Assembly (NCBI GenBank): GCA_944386595.1
Contig: CALXBQ010000046.1
Span: 12,998 to 76,997, forward strand
Direction of reading: 5' to 3'
Length of the DNA: 64,000 nt
Origin: an uncultured Clostridia bacterium
GTDB taxonomy: Bacteria > Bacillota > Clostridia > Peptostreptococcales > Anaerovoracaceae
The translations under genes and the position numbers were made by a program. The notes beneath the pieces were generated by a model that worked only from the letters and a program-made list of their open reading frames with translations, searched no databases and had not been told where the DNA came from. Below, piece by piece: positions 34,576 through 43,503 of the stretch (position 1 is its first letter; every line of letters starts with the position of its first letter).

Positions 34576-35640
34576 CTACTTATCTTCTCCTGTTACGAGA
34601 TTCCTGAGGCTCTCGGAATAAGGCGGGTACGCTATGCCCTTTTCCGTGATCACGGCCGTGATGTCGCCTGCGCATGTCACGTCAAAAGCCGGATTGAAGG
34701 TTTTGATTCCCGCAGGAGCCATAGGCCTTTCGTACCACATCTCATATATCTCTTTTCCGTCTCTTTCCTCTATGACGATGTCCTCACCCGTGGCCGTTTC
34801 AAGGTCGATGGTGGACGTAGGCACGAACATATAAAACGGAATGTTATACCTCTTCGCAAGGATTGCCACTGCCGACGTTCCTATCTTGTTGGCTCCGTCG
34901 CCGTTTGCCGCCATGCGGTCGCAGCCCACCACAACGGCGTCGATTTTTCCCTGCTTCATTACGGTTGCCGCCATGTTGTCGCATATCAGGGTCACGTCGA
35001 CTCCGGCTTTGTTAAGCTCCCAGGACGTAAGCCTTGCCCCCTGAAGGAGAGGCCTGGTCTCGTCGGCAAACACCCTGAAATCATAACCCTTTTCCATTCC
35101 CAGATAAATCGGTGAAAGGCAGGTTCCGTACCTGCTGGTTGCCAGGGCTCCGGCGTTGCAGTGGGTGAGAATTCCCATGCCCGGTTTGAGGAGGGTCAGG
35201 CCGTACTCTCCCATGGCTCTGCATGCCGCCTCGTCCTCGGCGTGAATGGCGGCAGCCTCATCTCTGATGATATCAATGGCTTGATTTACAGAGGTTATGG
35301 CAGTATTGTCAACTTTGTTTTTAATACGGTTTACAGCCCACATCAGGTTTACCGCCGTAGGTCTTGCCCCTTTTATGTACTCGCAGACTTTGTCAAAGAC
35401 TGCTCTGAATTCCTCTACCGTCTCCGGCACCTCGTGCTTCACCGCCACATAGACTCCGTAGCCTGCGGCAACTCCTATGGCAGGGGCGCCCCTCACCTTA
35501 AGCTTATATATGGCGTCCCAGATGTCGTCCGCCGTCTCCGGCTCCAGCCACTCCTCCGCGCCGGGAAGCCTGGTCTGATCCAGTATGTAAAGCCTGTCGC
35601 CCTCAAACTTCAGAGGCGTTATATCAGAATAATGTCCCAT
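34576..35640 (-). CDS. mtnA: S-methyl-5-thioribose-1-phosphate isomerase
   Basis: LYILDQTRLP...VRGAPAIGVAAGYG...THCNAGALAT...VVVGCDRMAANGD match the eIF2B-related MtnA family. Confidence 0.85.
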   Translation of the reverse strand: MGHYSDITPLKFEGDRLYILDQTRLPGAEEWLEPETADDIWDAIYKLKVRGAPAIGVAAGYGVYVAVKHEVPETVEEFRAVFDKVCEYIKGARPTAVNLMWAVNRIKNKVDNTAITSVNQAIDIIRDEAAAIHAEDEAACRAMGEYGLTLLKPGMGILTHCNAGALATSRYGTCLSPIYLGMEKGYDFRVFADETRPLLQGARLTSWELNKAGVDVTLICDNMAATVMKQGKIDAVVVGCDRMAANGDGANKIGTSAVAILAKRYNIPFYMFVPTSTIDLETATGEDIVIEERDGKEIYEMWYERPMAPAGIKTFNPAFDVTCAGDITAVITEKGIAYPPYSESLRNLVTGEDK

Positions 35641-35666
35641 GGATTTTTCTCCTTTTGTTTATTCTC

Positions 35667-36035
35667 CTATTCTTCGGCGCCCATAAGGGCCAGCTTCTCT
35701 CCAATCCACACTCCGGCAAGGCACGCCGCGAGACTTATCACGCAGTAAACCCCCGCCAGCAGCGTCCTGCCCTCCCGGTTCATGTTATATGCCTCCAGGG
35801 ACAAAGCCGACAGTGTGCTGAAGCCGCCGCAGAATCCCGTCTGCACGAAAAGCCTCAACTCCTCGGGCATATTCTTTCTCACCGTCAGTCCGGCAAAGAA
35901 GCCTATTACGACGGCCGCAGTTATATTGATAAGAAGGGTCCAGACCGGAAAGTCGGTCTTTACCGGAATAGATGAAATTCCGTATCTCAAAGCCGCTCCC
36001 AGAGCTCCGCCGACCCCCACAAAAAGAAAGTTCAT
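35667..36035 (-). CDS. crcB: fluoride efflux channel CrcB
   Basis: MNFLFVGVGGALGAALRYGIS... and GFCGGFSTLSALSLE; 122 aa with 4 TM helices. Confidence 0.9.
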   Translation of the reverse strand: MNFLFVGVGGALGAALRYGISSIPVKTDFPVWTLLINITAAVVIGFFAGLTVRKNMPEELRLFVQTGFCGGFSTLSALSLEAYNMNREGRTLLAGVYCVISLAACLAGVWIGEKLALMGAEE

Positions 36036-36110
36036 TTCCTAATTCTCCGCTGATTATAATTCTCCGCTGAAATATAAGCGATACGCGCGCAATCGCCCCG
36101 GCGTATTACG

Positions 36111-36148
36111 AAAAATTCGGTGTCCGTCAGAGCTTCGGCGAACACCGA
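36111..36148 (-). terminator. rho-independent terminator after the CobW-like gene
   Basis: Minus strand reads UCGGUGU...ACACCGA (7-bp outer stem plus inner pairs) followed by AUUUUU. Confidence 0.55.
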
Positions 36149-36238
36149 TTTAATTCCAATTTGAATTTTCGGCCCGCAGGCATTGCCCCGTCGGAACTCT
36201 GCCGCCTCGGGGCTTTGCGGCTCTTTCGCCGCCGGGCT

Positions 36239-37339
36239 CTACAGTCCGAAAAGCTCCTTTACCGCGTCCTCTTCAAGGTCCGCGCCTATTACGCAGATCT
36301 TACCTGTAACGTCGGCGCTTCCGTACCGTACATCAGGTTCTCCGGGAACGTAGTCGAAGTGGATCCATCTTCCGTCCTCGCCCTCGACGATTCCCTTGGC
36401 TCTGAGCACCTGACCGTACTCGGTGAAGTTCCCCAGCTTTACGAGAGCTTCTTCTATGCCCTCAGCAGTGAACTTCTTCGCCGTTTCCACACCGAAGCTG
36501 GTGAACACTTCGTCGGCATGGTGGTGATGGTGGTCATGATGATGCTCATGGTCGTGATGGTCGTGACCGCAGCCGCACTCATCGTCATGGTCGTGATGAT
36601 GATGGTCATGTTCATGGTGATGCTCGTGGTCGTGATGGTCGTGGCCGCAGCCGCACTCGTCGTCGTGGTCGTGATGCTCATGCTCATGATGATGGTCGTG
36701 CTCCGCCACCTCGGCCGCAAGCTTTTCTATCTCTATCTGAATGGTATTCTTTCGCTCCATGGTCTCGAGAATCTGCGCCCCGGTAAGTTCCTCCCACGGC
36801 GTGGTTATGAGGGAAGCCTTGTCGTTGTGGCCTTTTATCAGCTCAACGCACTGATCAAGCTTCTCCTGGGAAAGCCCGGAAGTGTGGCTCAAAACTATGG
36901 TGCTGGCGTTTTCTATCTGATTGTTGAAAAACTCACCGAAATTCTTCATGTACATCTTGCACTTTTTGGCGTCTACCACGGTGGTAAACCCGTTGAGAGC
37001 GATCTTCTCGTTGTGAAGTCCCTCCACAGCCAGAATAACGTCGCTGAGCTTGCCCACTCCCGACGGCTCGATGAGAATTCTGTCAGGATCGTAGTCTGCG
37101 ATTACCTGATCCAGCGCACGACCGAAATCCCCCACGAGAGAGCAGCAGATGCAGCCCGAATTCATCTCGTTGATCTTCACTCCGGCATCTTTCAAAAATC
37201 CGCCGTCTATGCCGATTTCGCCAAACTCGTTCTCTATGAGAACCACCTGCTCGCCCTTATAGGTCTCCTCGATGAGCTTTTTGATAAGAGTCGTCTTTCC
37301 CGCTCCGAGGAATCCCGAAAAAATATCTACCTTAGCCAT
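36239..37339 (-). CDS. CobW/COG0523-family GTPase metallochaperone with His-rich insertion
   Basis: FSGFLGAGKTTLIKKLI (P-loop) and CICCS motif. The His/Asp/Cys-rich stretch contains a tandem 26-aa unit DHDDECGCGHDHHDHEHHH. Confidence 0.85.
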   Translation of the reverse strand: MAKVDIFSGFLGAGKTTLIKKLIEETYKGEQVVLIENEFGEIGIDGGFLKDAGVKINEMNSGCICCSLVGDFGRALDQVIADYDPDRILIEPSGVGKLSDVILAVEGLHNEKIALNGFTTVVDAKKCKMYMKNFGEFFNNQIENASTIVLSHTSGLSQEKLDQCVELIKGHNDKASLITTPWEELTGAQILETMERKNTIQIEIEKLAAEVAEHDHHHEHEHHDHDDECGCGHDHHDHEHHHEHDHHHHDHDDECGCGHDHHDHEHHHDHHHHHADEVFTSFGVETAKKFTAEGIEEALVKLGNFTEYGQVLRAKGIVEGEDGRWIHFDYVPGEPDVRYGSADVTGKICVIGADLEEDAVKELFGL

Positions 37340-37344
37340 TTATA

Positions 37345-38118
37345 TCATCTCTTTCCTGAAAAATTATTACAAAACTGCCCCTCTATTATACCACTTTTTT
37401 CGGCTTTTGCACTATGTATTGCAGTATTGCGCGGAAAATCAGGTGATGGGCCCGTCGCCTCATCGAACTCCCCTTCACCGTACAGCGTAAAGCGGCTCTT
37501 CCTGTAATCGATTAGACCGTCCCGCTTCATTCGGGAAAGCTCGGCGCTCATGGCGCTCCTGTCCACGGAAAGGTAATCGGCAAGGCCCTGCCTGTCGAAA
37601 GGTATATCGAAGGTGCGGCTTCCTTTGCGCCTCATCTCATAAGTCAGGTACGACAAAAGCTTCTCCCTGGTGCTGCGCCTGGACAGGTGCTCGATCTTCC
37701 TGTTCAGCATCAGATTCTTTCCGGCGATGACTCCGAGAAGGCTCGTCACCAGCTTTTCCCCGCCGTTTTCAAGAATCTCCCGCACCTTTATCCAGGTTAC
37801 CCGGCTGTCCGCCTCCGCCTCTACGTCCACGGAAATCACGGCTTCCTTTACGCTGGCAAAGACCTCGGCGAACAGCTCCCCCGGCTCAATTTCGGAGATG
37901 ATGTTTCTGTTTCCCGCAAAGTCTTCCGTTACTATCCGCAGAGCGCCCTCCGTCAAAATCCCCAGACTGTCGGTAACGTCTCCCTGCCTCAGCACAAAGC
38001 TTCCCTTCGGGTACTTTCTCTCCGCCGCGTGAAGGTTTCCCAGCAGGTTTTCAATGTCTTCAGCCTTTGTCCCCCGAAAAAGGCTGCACTTTTCAAGAAT
38101 CTCAAATTTTTTCTCCAT
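37345..38118 (-). CDS. Crp/Fnr-family transcriptional regulator
   Basis: A cNMP-binding-like N-terminus (LFRGTKAEDIENLL...GELFAEVFAS) and a C-terminal HTH (RQGLADYLSVDRSAMSAELSRMKRDGLI). ATG at 38118. Confidence 0.85.
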   Translation of the reverse strand: MEKKFEILEKCSLFRGTKAEDIENLLGNLHAAERKYPKGSFVLRQGDVTDSLGILTEGALRIVTEDFAGNRNIISEIEPGELFAEVFASVKEAVISVDVEAEADSRVTWIKVREILENGGEKLVTSLLGVIAGKNLMLNRKIEHLSRRSTREKLLSYLTYEMRRKGSRTFDIPFDRQGLADYLSVDRSAMSAELSRMKRDGLIDYRKSRFTLYGEGEFDEATGPSPDFPRNTAIHSAKAEKSGIIEGQFCNNFSGKR

Positions 38119-38172
38119 ATTTTTTCCTTTCGTTGTAAAAACAACGTACTTTTCCTCCATAGTAGCCTATAC

Positions 38173-38188
38173 TGTGACCATAGTCAAC
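38173..38188. promoter_or_regulatory. CRP/FNR-type box TGTGA-N6-TCAAC in the divergent intergenic region
   Basis: TGTGACCATAGTCAAC lies between the Crp/Fnr gene start (38118) and the ferredoxin-domain gene start (38222). Confidence 0.45.
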
Positions 38189-38221
38189 GGAATTTCAAAG
38201 TTTAAAGAAAGGAAACGAGAA

Positions 38222-39031
38222 ATGATAAGAAAGATAATACACATAGATCAGGACAAATGCAACGGCTGCGGACTTTGCGCCAAAGCCTGCCACGAGGGGG
38301 CCATCGGAATGGTGGACGGAAAGGCGACCCTCCTGAGAGACGACTACTGCGACGGCCTGGGAGACTGCCTGCCGACGTGCCCTACCGGAGCAATAAGTTT
38401 TGTGGAGAGAGAAGCCCTCGCATACGACGAGGCTGCGGTTAAAGCCAATATGGCCGCCCGCGCAAAGGCTGCAAACTCCGCAACCTCTACAAACTCCTCA
38501 ACCTCTGCAGGAGCCGGAGCCGAAGAGCCCCTTGCCTGCGGTTGTCCCGGTTCCCACAGCAGAGCAATAAACCGCTCCTGTGAAGATATGAGCGCCTCAC
38601 CAGCAGCGTCCGGAGCTTCAGCTGCGCCGACAGCGCCTTCGACAGCTCCGGCTTTCAGACAAAACACCAGCCGCCTTTCCCAGTGGCCGGTTCAGATAAA
38701 GCTCGCCCCGGTAAACGCTCCGTATTTTGACGGCGCCAACCTTCTCGTAGCCGCAGACTGCACCGCCTACGCCTACGGCAGCTTCCACGAGGACTTCATC
38801 AGGAACAAGATTACCCTGATAGGCTGCCCGAAGCTGGACGGCGTGGACTACTCCGAAAAGCTCACGGAGATTATAAGGAACAACGACATTAGAAGCGTCA
38901 CCGTGGTGAGAATGGAGGTTCCCTGCTGCGGAGGCATAGAAATGGCCGTGAAGAAAGCGCTTCAGGACAGCGGAAAATTTATCCCTTGGCAGGTGGTCAC
39001 CATCTCCACCGAAGGGGAAATACTGGAGTAA
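38222..39031 (+). CDS. 4Fe-4S dicluster domain protein with a Cys-rich C-terminal domain
   Basis: CNGCGLCAKAC and CDGLGDCLPTCP ferredoxin motifs. An Ala/Ser-rich linker. C-terminal ...ADCTAYAYG...IGCPKLDG...EVPCCGG. ATG at 38222. Confidence 0.8.
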   Translation: MIRKIIHIDQDKCNGCGLCAKACHEGAIGMVDGKATLLRDDYCDGLGDCLPTCPTGAISFVEREALAYDEAAVKANMAARAKAANSATSTNSSTSAGAGAEEPLACGCPGSHSRAINRSCEDMSASPAASGASAAPTAPSTAPAFRQNTSRLSQWPVQIKLAPVNAPYFDGANLLVAADCTAYAYGSFHEDFIRNKITLIGCPKLDGVDYSEKLTEIIRNNDIRSVTVVRMEVPCCGGIEMAVKKALQDSGKFIPWQVVTISTEGEILE

Positions 39032-39048
39032 ACGTCTGCAAGGATTTT

Positions 39049-39090
39049 GCACCCTGAGAGGTAACAGCTGCCTCTTAGGGTGTATTTTTT
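39049..39090 (+). terminator. rho-independent terminator
   Basis: GCACCCUGAGAGG-UAACAGCUG-CCUCUUAGGGUG followed by UAUUUUUU. Confidence 0.8.
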
Positions 39091-39190
39091 CTCCTTTTAG
39101 TAGCAATCGCTCCGCCTGTAGATTCATTTTTGGCCGTTTTTCACCGGTTTACACTATACCCGTGATATTCACGAAAGGAGACCGGAGAAA

Positions 39191-39589
39191 ATGGCGGCAA
39201 AGCTTTACACAAAACCCGAGCTTAAGGAGCTGAACCACATTCACATGGGCAGACGCATCAGAACCCAGCGCGAGCATCTGGATATGACGAGAGAAGACCT
39301 TGCCTTCGCAACCGACCTTTCGCCAAAGTTCATCGCAGAGGTTGAGTACGGCAACAAGGGCATCGCCCTGGGCAACCTCTACAAAATCAGCCAGGTCCTC
39401 GACGTGTCCTGCGACTATCTGATAGCCGGCGCGTACACCGGCGTCGAGTTGGAGGAGCAGGTTTCAAGAATCGCCGAGGACGTTATCGAGCCGATGATGG
39501 GTTTCAGCCCCGACGAAGTCAAATTCATAGAAAGCGTTGCGACATCCTACAAAGCCCTTCGCAAGAAGCTGAACAAACAGGACAGGTAA
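39191..39589 (+). CDS. XRE-family HTH transcriptional regulator
   Basis: IRTQREHLDMTREDLAFATDLSPKFIAEVEYGNKGIALGNLYKISQVL. Confidence 0.85.
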   Translation: MAAKLYTKPELKELNHIHMGRRIRTQREHLDMTREDLAFATDLSPKFIAEVEYGNKGIALGNLYKISQVLDVSCDYLIAGAYTGVELEEQVSRIAEDVIEPMMGFSPDEVKFIESVATSYKALRKKLNKQDR

Positions 39590-39842
39590 CCGCCCGCTTT
39601 CAATGGAGCGCAGGCGCAGGCGGCTGTTTTGTCGTGCCCTGAAAAGCCCAATCTGCTGACATCAGCCTTTCAATATTGTTTTTTCCTCGCCTTCCGGAAG
39701 GCTGTTCGACCTCGAGGGCTTTTTTCGCTTTTCAGGTTGAACGTTTTTTCGACCTCAAAGCTTGAGAACGCGGTTTTCATCGAACACTTTCTTAAATTCC
39801 ATAATTAATCTCGAGTCGCAGGCCTCTGTACATCGATAAGCC

Positions 39843-41027
39843 CTATTCTTCATTCTCAGCTGTCGCAGTGCCGCCTACCGCGCCAGGCGCCCCAGCCTCG
39901 TCGCCAGCTTCAGCCTCTTCCTCGGCGGCGGCGCGCTCCGAAGCCGCCTGCTTCTTCTCCTCCTTGGCGATGTTGACGGCTTTGATGTGAGGCATCTTGT
40001 GGTTAGGGTCCGTCAGGAACACGTAGAGGTAGACGGCGGCGATAACAGCAAGGGCCGCAGCGTCTTTGTAGAGCTCGCGGCTTATGAGTACGGCGGCCAT
40101 TCCCATAATGGCGCTGATGCCGTAGAGCATGAGTACCGCCCTGCGCTGACCGTAGCCCGCATCCATGAGACGGTGGTGAAGATGGCCTTTGTCCGCTTCC
40201 ATGATAGGCTTGCGGTTTACGATGCGCCTTACTATGGCAAAGGACGTATCGAAAATAGGAATGGCCAGAACCACTACAGGCACCACCACTGCGATTACAG
40301 TGGAACGCTTTAAAGGTCCGATGACGGAAAGAACCGCTATCATAAAGCCGAGGAACAGCGCCCCTCCGTCGCCCATGAAGGTTTTGGCCGGTGAAAAGTT
40401 ATACGGCAGAAATCCCAGGCAGGAGCCTGCAAGAGCCAGCATCGCCACGCACACGGTCGCCATTCCGAAGGTATCTCCGTGAATATAGGCGATGTACGCG
40501 ATGCATAGCGCCGCTATGGCTGAAGTCCCGGCCGCAAGACCGTCAAGACCGTCTATGAGGTTTATGGTGTTTGTGATACCGACTATCCATAATACCGTAA
40601 CTATAAAGCAGATGGCGTCGCTTAAAATCCAGTTGCCCGGCCCGAAGTAATTGTTTATTATGCTTATCCTGATGCCCATGGCGTAGATCATAACCGCCAC
40701 GGCTATCTGATATCCGAACTTTATCCCCGCGTGGAGGTTTTTCAGGTCGTCCACGACGCCCAGGACGTACATCAGCGCGCCGCCCAGCATGGCAACGCGT
40801 ATCTTCGGATCGTCCCACAGGAAAAACCCCACGGTTATCATGGTTCCCGCAAAAACCGCAAGACCTCCGAACCGGGGTATGGTTCTTCTGTGCATGCGCC
40901 GGCTGTCCTTCGGCACATCTACTGCGCCTATCTTCGGCGCTATTTTTATGCTGAGCGGGGTGACGATAAATGCGATCATAAACGCCACGCCCAAAATCAG
41001 CAGAACACTGCGCAGTGTAATTTCCAT
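39843..41027 (-). CDS. glycosyltransferase family 4 (undecaprenyl-phosphate HexNAc-1-phosphate transferase, TagO/WecA-like)
   Basis: DVPKDSRRMHRRTIPRFGG, NTINLIDGLDGLAAG and GDGGALFLGF motifs. About 10 TM helices and an Ala/Glu-rich tail. Confidence 0.85.
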   Translation of the reverse strand: MEITLRSVLLILGVAFMIAFIVTPLSIKIAPKIGAVDVPKDSRRMHRRTIPRFGGLAVFAGTMITVGFFLWDDPKIRVAMLGGALMYVLGVVDDLKNLHAGIKFGYQIAVAVMIYAMGIRISIINNYFGPGNWILSDAICFIVTVLWIVGITNTINLIDGLDGLAAGTSAIAALCIAYIAYIHGDTFGMATVCVAMLALAGSCLGFLPYNFSPAKTFMGDGGALFLGFMIAVLSVIGPLKRSTVIAVVVPVVVLAIPIFDTSFAIVRRIVNRKPIMEADKGHLHHRLMDAGYGQRRAVLMLYGISAIMGMAAVLISRELYKDAAALAVIAAVYLYVFLTDPNHKMPHIKAVNIAKEEKKQAASERAAAEEEAEAGDEAGAPGAVGGTATAENEE

Positions 41028-41035
41028 TTTATCTC

Positions 41036-41500
41036 CTAAGCGTCCTTCAGCATGACTATCCTAAGTCCCGCTTCTGCAAGAATCTCCACCGAAAGCTCGT
41101 CCGGGTAACCGTCCTTCACCACGATGCGCTCAATTCCCGCGTTGATAATCATCTTCGCGCATATCACGCACGGCTGATTGGTGATGTAGATGGTCGCTCC
41201 CTCTATGCTCTGGCCTAAAGTCGCCGCCTGGATTATGGCGTTCTGCTCGGCGTGAAGAGCCCGGCAGAGCTCGTGTCTTTCTCCCGACGGCACGCCCAGC
41301 TTCTCTCTCAGGCAGCCTCCCTTTTCGTCGCAGTGGGCGATTCCCCTCGGGGCTCCGTTGTATCCCGTTGCGATTATATGCTTATCCTTTACGATAACCG
41401 CGCCTACGTGGCGGCGAAGGCAGGTGGAGCGCTGAGCCGTAAGCTCCGCCATCTGCATGAAGTAGTGATCCCAGTCCGGGCGATTTTTGCTCTCGTACAT
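41036..41500 (-). CDS. comEB: dCMP deaminase (ComEB-type)
   Basis: HAEQNAI and [14 protein letters not shown] zinc-binding motifs. Confidence 0.9.
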   Translation of the reverse strand: MYESKNRPDWDHYFMQMAELTAQRSTCLRRHVGAVIVKDKHIIATGYNGAPRGIAHCDEKGGCLREKLGVPSGERHELCRALHAEQNAIIQAATLGQSIEGATIYITNQPCVICAKMIINAGIERIVVKDGYPDELSVEILAEAGLRIVMLKDA

Positions 41501-41501
41501 G

Positions 41502-42293
41502 CTATCCTCTCATTTCTTCCCGGTCGTAATAGACCTTTGCAAGGTAAAGACCTCTCGCCGGCGCCGTGTGCCCGGCCTTCGTGCGGTCCTTTGCTTCAAG
41601 AATATCCTTAAGGGACGCTGCCGGAATTTTCCCCAGGCCCGCGTCCACCAGGGTTCCTGCGATAATTCTCACCATATTGTACAGAAATCCGTCGCCGGTT
41701 ATCTCCATTGTGATGTAGTCTCCGGCGCTCCCGTCAATTCTCAGATCGTACACGGTTCTGACGGTGGTCTCTCTCTCGTTTCCTCCCGCCGCCTGAAAGC
41801 TTGCGAAGTCATGTTCTCCTGTGACAAAGGCTGCAGCCTCTCTCATGGCCTCTGCGTCAAGTCTCTGCTGAACGTGGTAGCAGCGGTTTCTCATGAATAT
41901 GTCAGGCTCGGAACTGTTGTTTATAAGGTACCTGTACGTCTTTCCCACCGAGCTGAATCTGGCGTGGAAGTCAGCCGGAACCTCTTCAGCCCTTATTATT
42001 CTCACGTCCGACGGCTGACGGGCCGGCTTCTTCCCTCCATCGAGGAGGTTATTGGCCACCTCCGCTATTTTCTCGACCGGTATGGCAAAATCCGCGGAAA
42101 AGGTTGCCTTCTGGTCCAGAGCGTGAACTCCCGCGTCAGTCCTGCTCACTCCGTTTATCTCTATCTTCCGGGCGCAGATGACGCTTAAAACCTTTTCTAT
42201 TTCACCCTGAACCGTCCTGACGTCGGGCTGCCTCTGCCAGCCGAAAAAGTCCGTTCCGTCGTACTCTACGGTTAAAAGTATGTTCTTCTCCAT
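41502..42293 (-). CDS. truA: tRNA pseudouridine(38-40) synthase
   Basis: [17 protein letters not shown] and SRTDAGVHA catalytic motif. Confidence 0.9.
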   Translation of the reverse strand: MEKNILLTVEYDGTDFFGWQRQPDVRTVQGEIEKVLSVICARKIEINGVSRTDAGVHALDQKATFSADFAIPVEKIAEVANNLLDGGKKPARQPSDVRIIRAEEVPADFHARFSSVGKTYRYLINNSSEPDIFMRNRCYHVQQRLDAEAMREAAAFVTGEHDFASFQAAGGNERETTVRTVYDLRIDGSAGDYITMEITGDGFLYNMVRIIAGTLVDAGLGKIPAASLKDILEAKDRTKAGHTAPARGLYLAKVYYDREEMRG

Positions 42294-42299
42294 GGCTTG

Positions 42300-42593
42300 C
42301 TACTTCGGCAGATAAATCTTCTTGTTGTCCTTTGACTCTCTGTAGAGGACGAATTTGCGGCCTATGGCCTGAACGAACTCGGCCCCCAGCATATCCGCCA
42401 GCCTGTTTGCCGTCTCCTTCGGGTCGAGGAGAGAGCTTTCCTGTATCTTCACCTTCACCAGCTCCCTGGCGTTGAGAACGTTGTCTATCTCTTTTATTAC
42501 TGTATCCGTCAGGTCCGCCTTGCCGATGAACACCAGCGGATCCAGCTGATTGGCAAGACCTTTAAGATAACTTCTCTGCTTTCCTGTAATCAT
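42300..42593 (-). CDS. yhbY: ribosome-assembly RNA-binding protein YhbY (CRM domain)
   Basis: ITGKQRSYLKGLANQLDPLVFIGKADLTDTVIKEIDNVLNARELVKVKI. Confidence 0.85.
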   Translation of the reverse strand: MITGKQRSYLKGLANQLDPLVFIGKADLTDTVIKEIDNVLNARELVKVKIQESSLLDPKETANRLADMLGAEFVQAIGRKFVLYRESKDNKKIYLPK

Positions 42594-42622
42594 ATTCGAA
42601 TCTCCTTAATCGGTTTATTATA

Positions 42623-43345
42623 TCAAAAATTCATAAGTCCTGCAAACAGGGTTTCCTCGATGCCGTACCCGAATACCAGATAAATGCAGGAAGCTATGGC
42701 TATATACGGTGCCATGGCGATGGTATCTGTTCTCTTCAGTTTTCCTCTCGCCATCAGAATCACGGCGTGGCCAGCGCTGAGAAGAGCCGTCATCATGAAC
42801 ACCAGTATTATCCCTCCCGGCCCGCACACGAGGCCGAGGGCCGAAAACAGCTTGATGTCTCCTCCCCCTACGGTATCGCGCCTGTATGTAATCTTTCCCA
42901 GGATTGCCGTCAGAGCCATAAATCCGAAGCCTATGATAACGCCGTAAAGGCACCTCTGCCAGCTTCCGTGGAACGGAATAAGCCCTATGCCGCACACCGC
43001 GATGAGAACCACCAGCTGATCGGGGATTATCCTGTATTTGCTGTCGGCTATGGCGGTCTCAAGAAGCAGCCAGAGAACGCAGGCTCCCGCGGCGGCAAGC
43101 TGCACGTCCTCCGTTACCAGCTTTATGTAGAGCACGGAAAAGAGCATGGTGAACACGAACTTCCACGGGTAGCTCTTCACCCTTTGGGTGTAAGGGTCCA
43201 GAAGCTCCTCCGAAGGCTTTTCCCCGTAGTCCGTAAGCCATGCCGCAGGCATTTTATTGAAGAAGTACACGGCGCCGTTTCCCGCGAAAATTCCGGCGAG
43301 GACGGCGGCGAGACACTTTATTAAAGTGATGAGCGCGTCGGTCAT
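42623..43345 (-). CDS. A24-family prepilin peptidase
   Basis: IIPDQLVV and GGGDIKLFSALGL aspartyl-protease motifs, polytopic. ATG 43345 follows GGGGAGGGG. The longer track ORF extension is rejected. Confidence 0.8.
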   Translation of the reverse strand: MTDALITLIKCLAAVLAGIFAGNGAVYFFNKMPAAWLTDYGEKPSEELLDPYTQRVKSYPWKFVFTMLFSVLYIKLVTEDVQLAAAGACVLWLLLETAIADSKYRIIPDQLVVLIAVCGIGLIPFHGSWQRCLYGVIIGFGFMALTAILGKITYRRDTVGGGDIKLFSALGLVCGPGGIILVFMMTALLSAGHAVILMARGKLKRTDTIAMAPYIAIASCIYLVFGYGIEETLFAGLMNF

Positions 43346-43503
43346 TTTCCCCTCCCCTTCAGGCCGTTTTTTTCGTAGTGACATTTTACCGTTTTTTGGA
43401 AGAATTTGCAAGATGAAAATATAGGGTGAAACCTGCCCGATATGTGGTATAATAAACAAGATAGGCACCAGACAAAAAGTGCCGGGACAGGAGACAATTA
43501 AAA

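Noticed and set aside
36100-36160. Possible fluoride (crcB-motif) riboswitch upstream of crcB. The minus strand reads UCGGUGUUCGCCGAAGCUCUGACGGACACCGA.
   Set aside because: It has GGUGUUCGCC and a downstream ACACC, like the pseudoknot partners. It lacks the 5' GGCGAUG P1 strand and a proper P3 hairpin. The hairpin plus U5 is more simply the terminator of the upstream CobW-like gene. A cmsearch with RF01734 would settle it.
36161-37507. 448-aa plus-strand ORF with long runs of M/V (…MVVMVVMMMLMVVMVV…).
   Set aside because: It is the antisense reading of the His/Asp-rich codons (CAT/CAC/GAT) of the CobW-like gene. There is no RBS and the composition is not protein-like.
42618-42995. 125-aa Arg-rich ORF overlapping the prepilin peptidase gene in another frame. 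Similar out-of-frame overlaps: 4776..5246, 40543..40818, 52931..53203 and 45150..45545.
   Set aside because: These are same-strand or opposite-strand alternative frames of well-supported membrane-protein genes. Their Arg/Gly/Pro-rich composition is typical of off-frame translation of GC-rich DNA.
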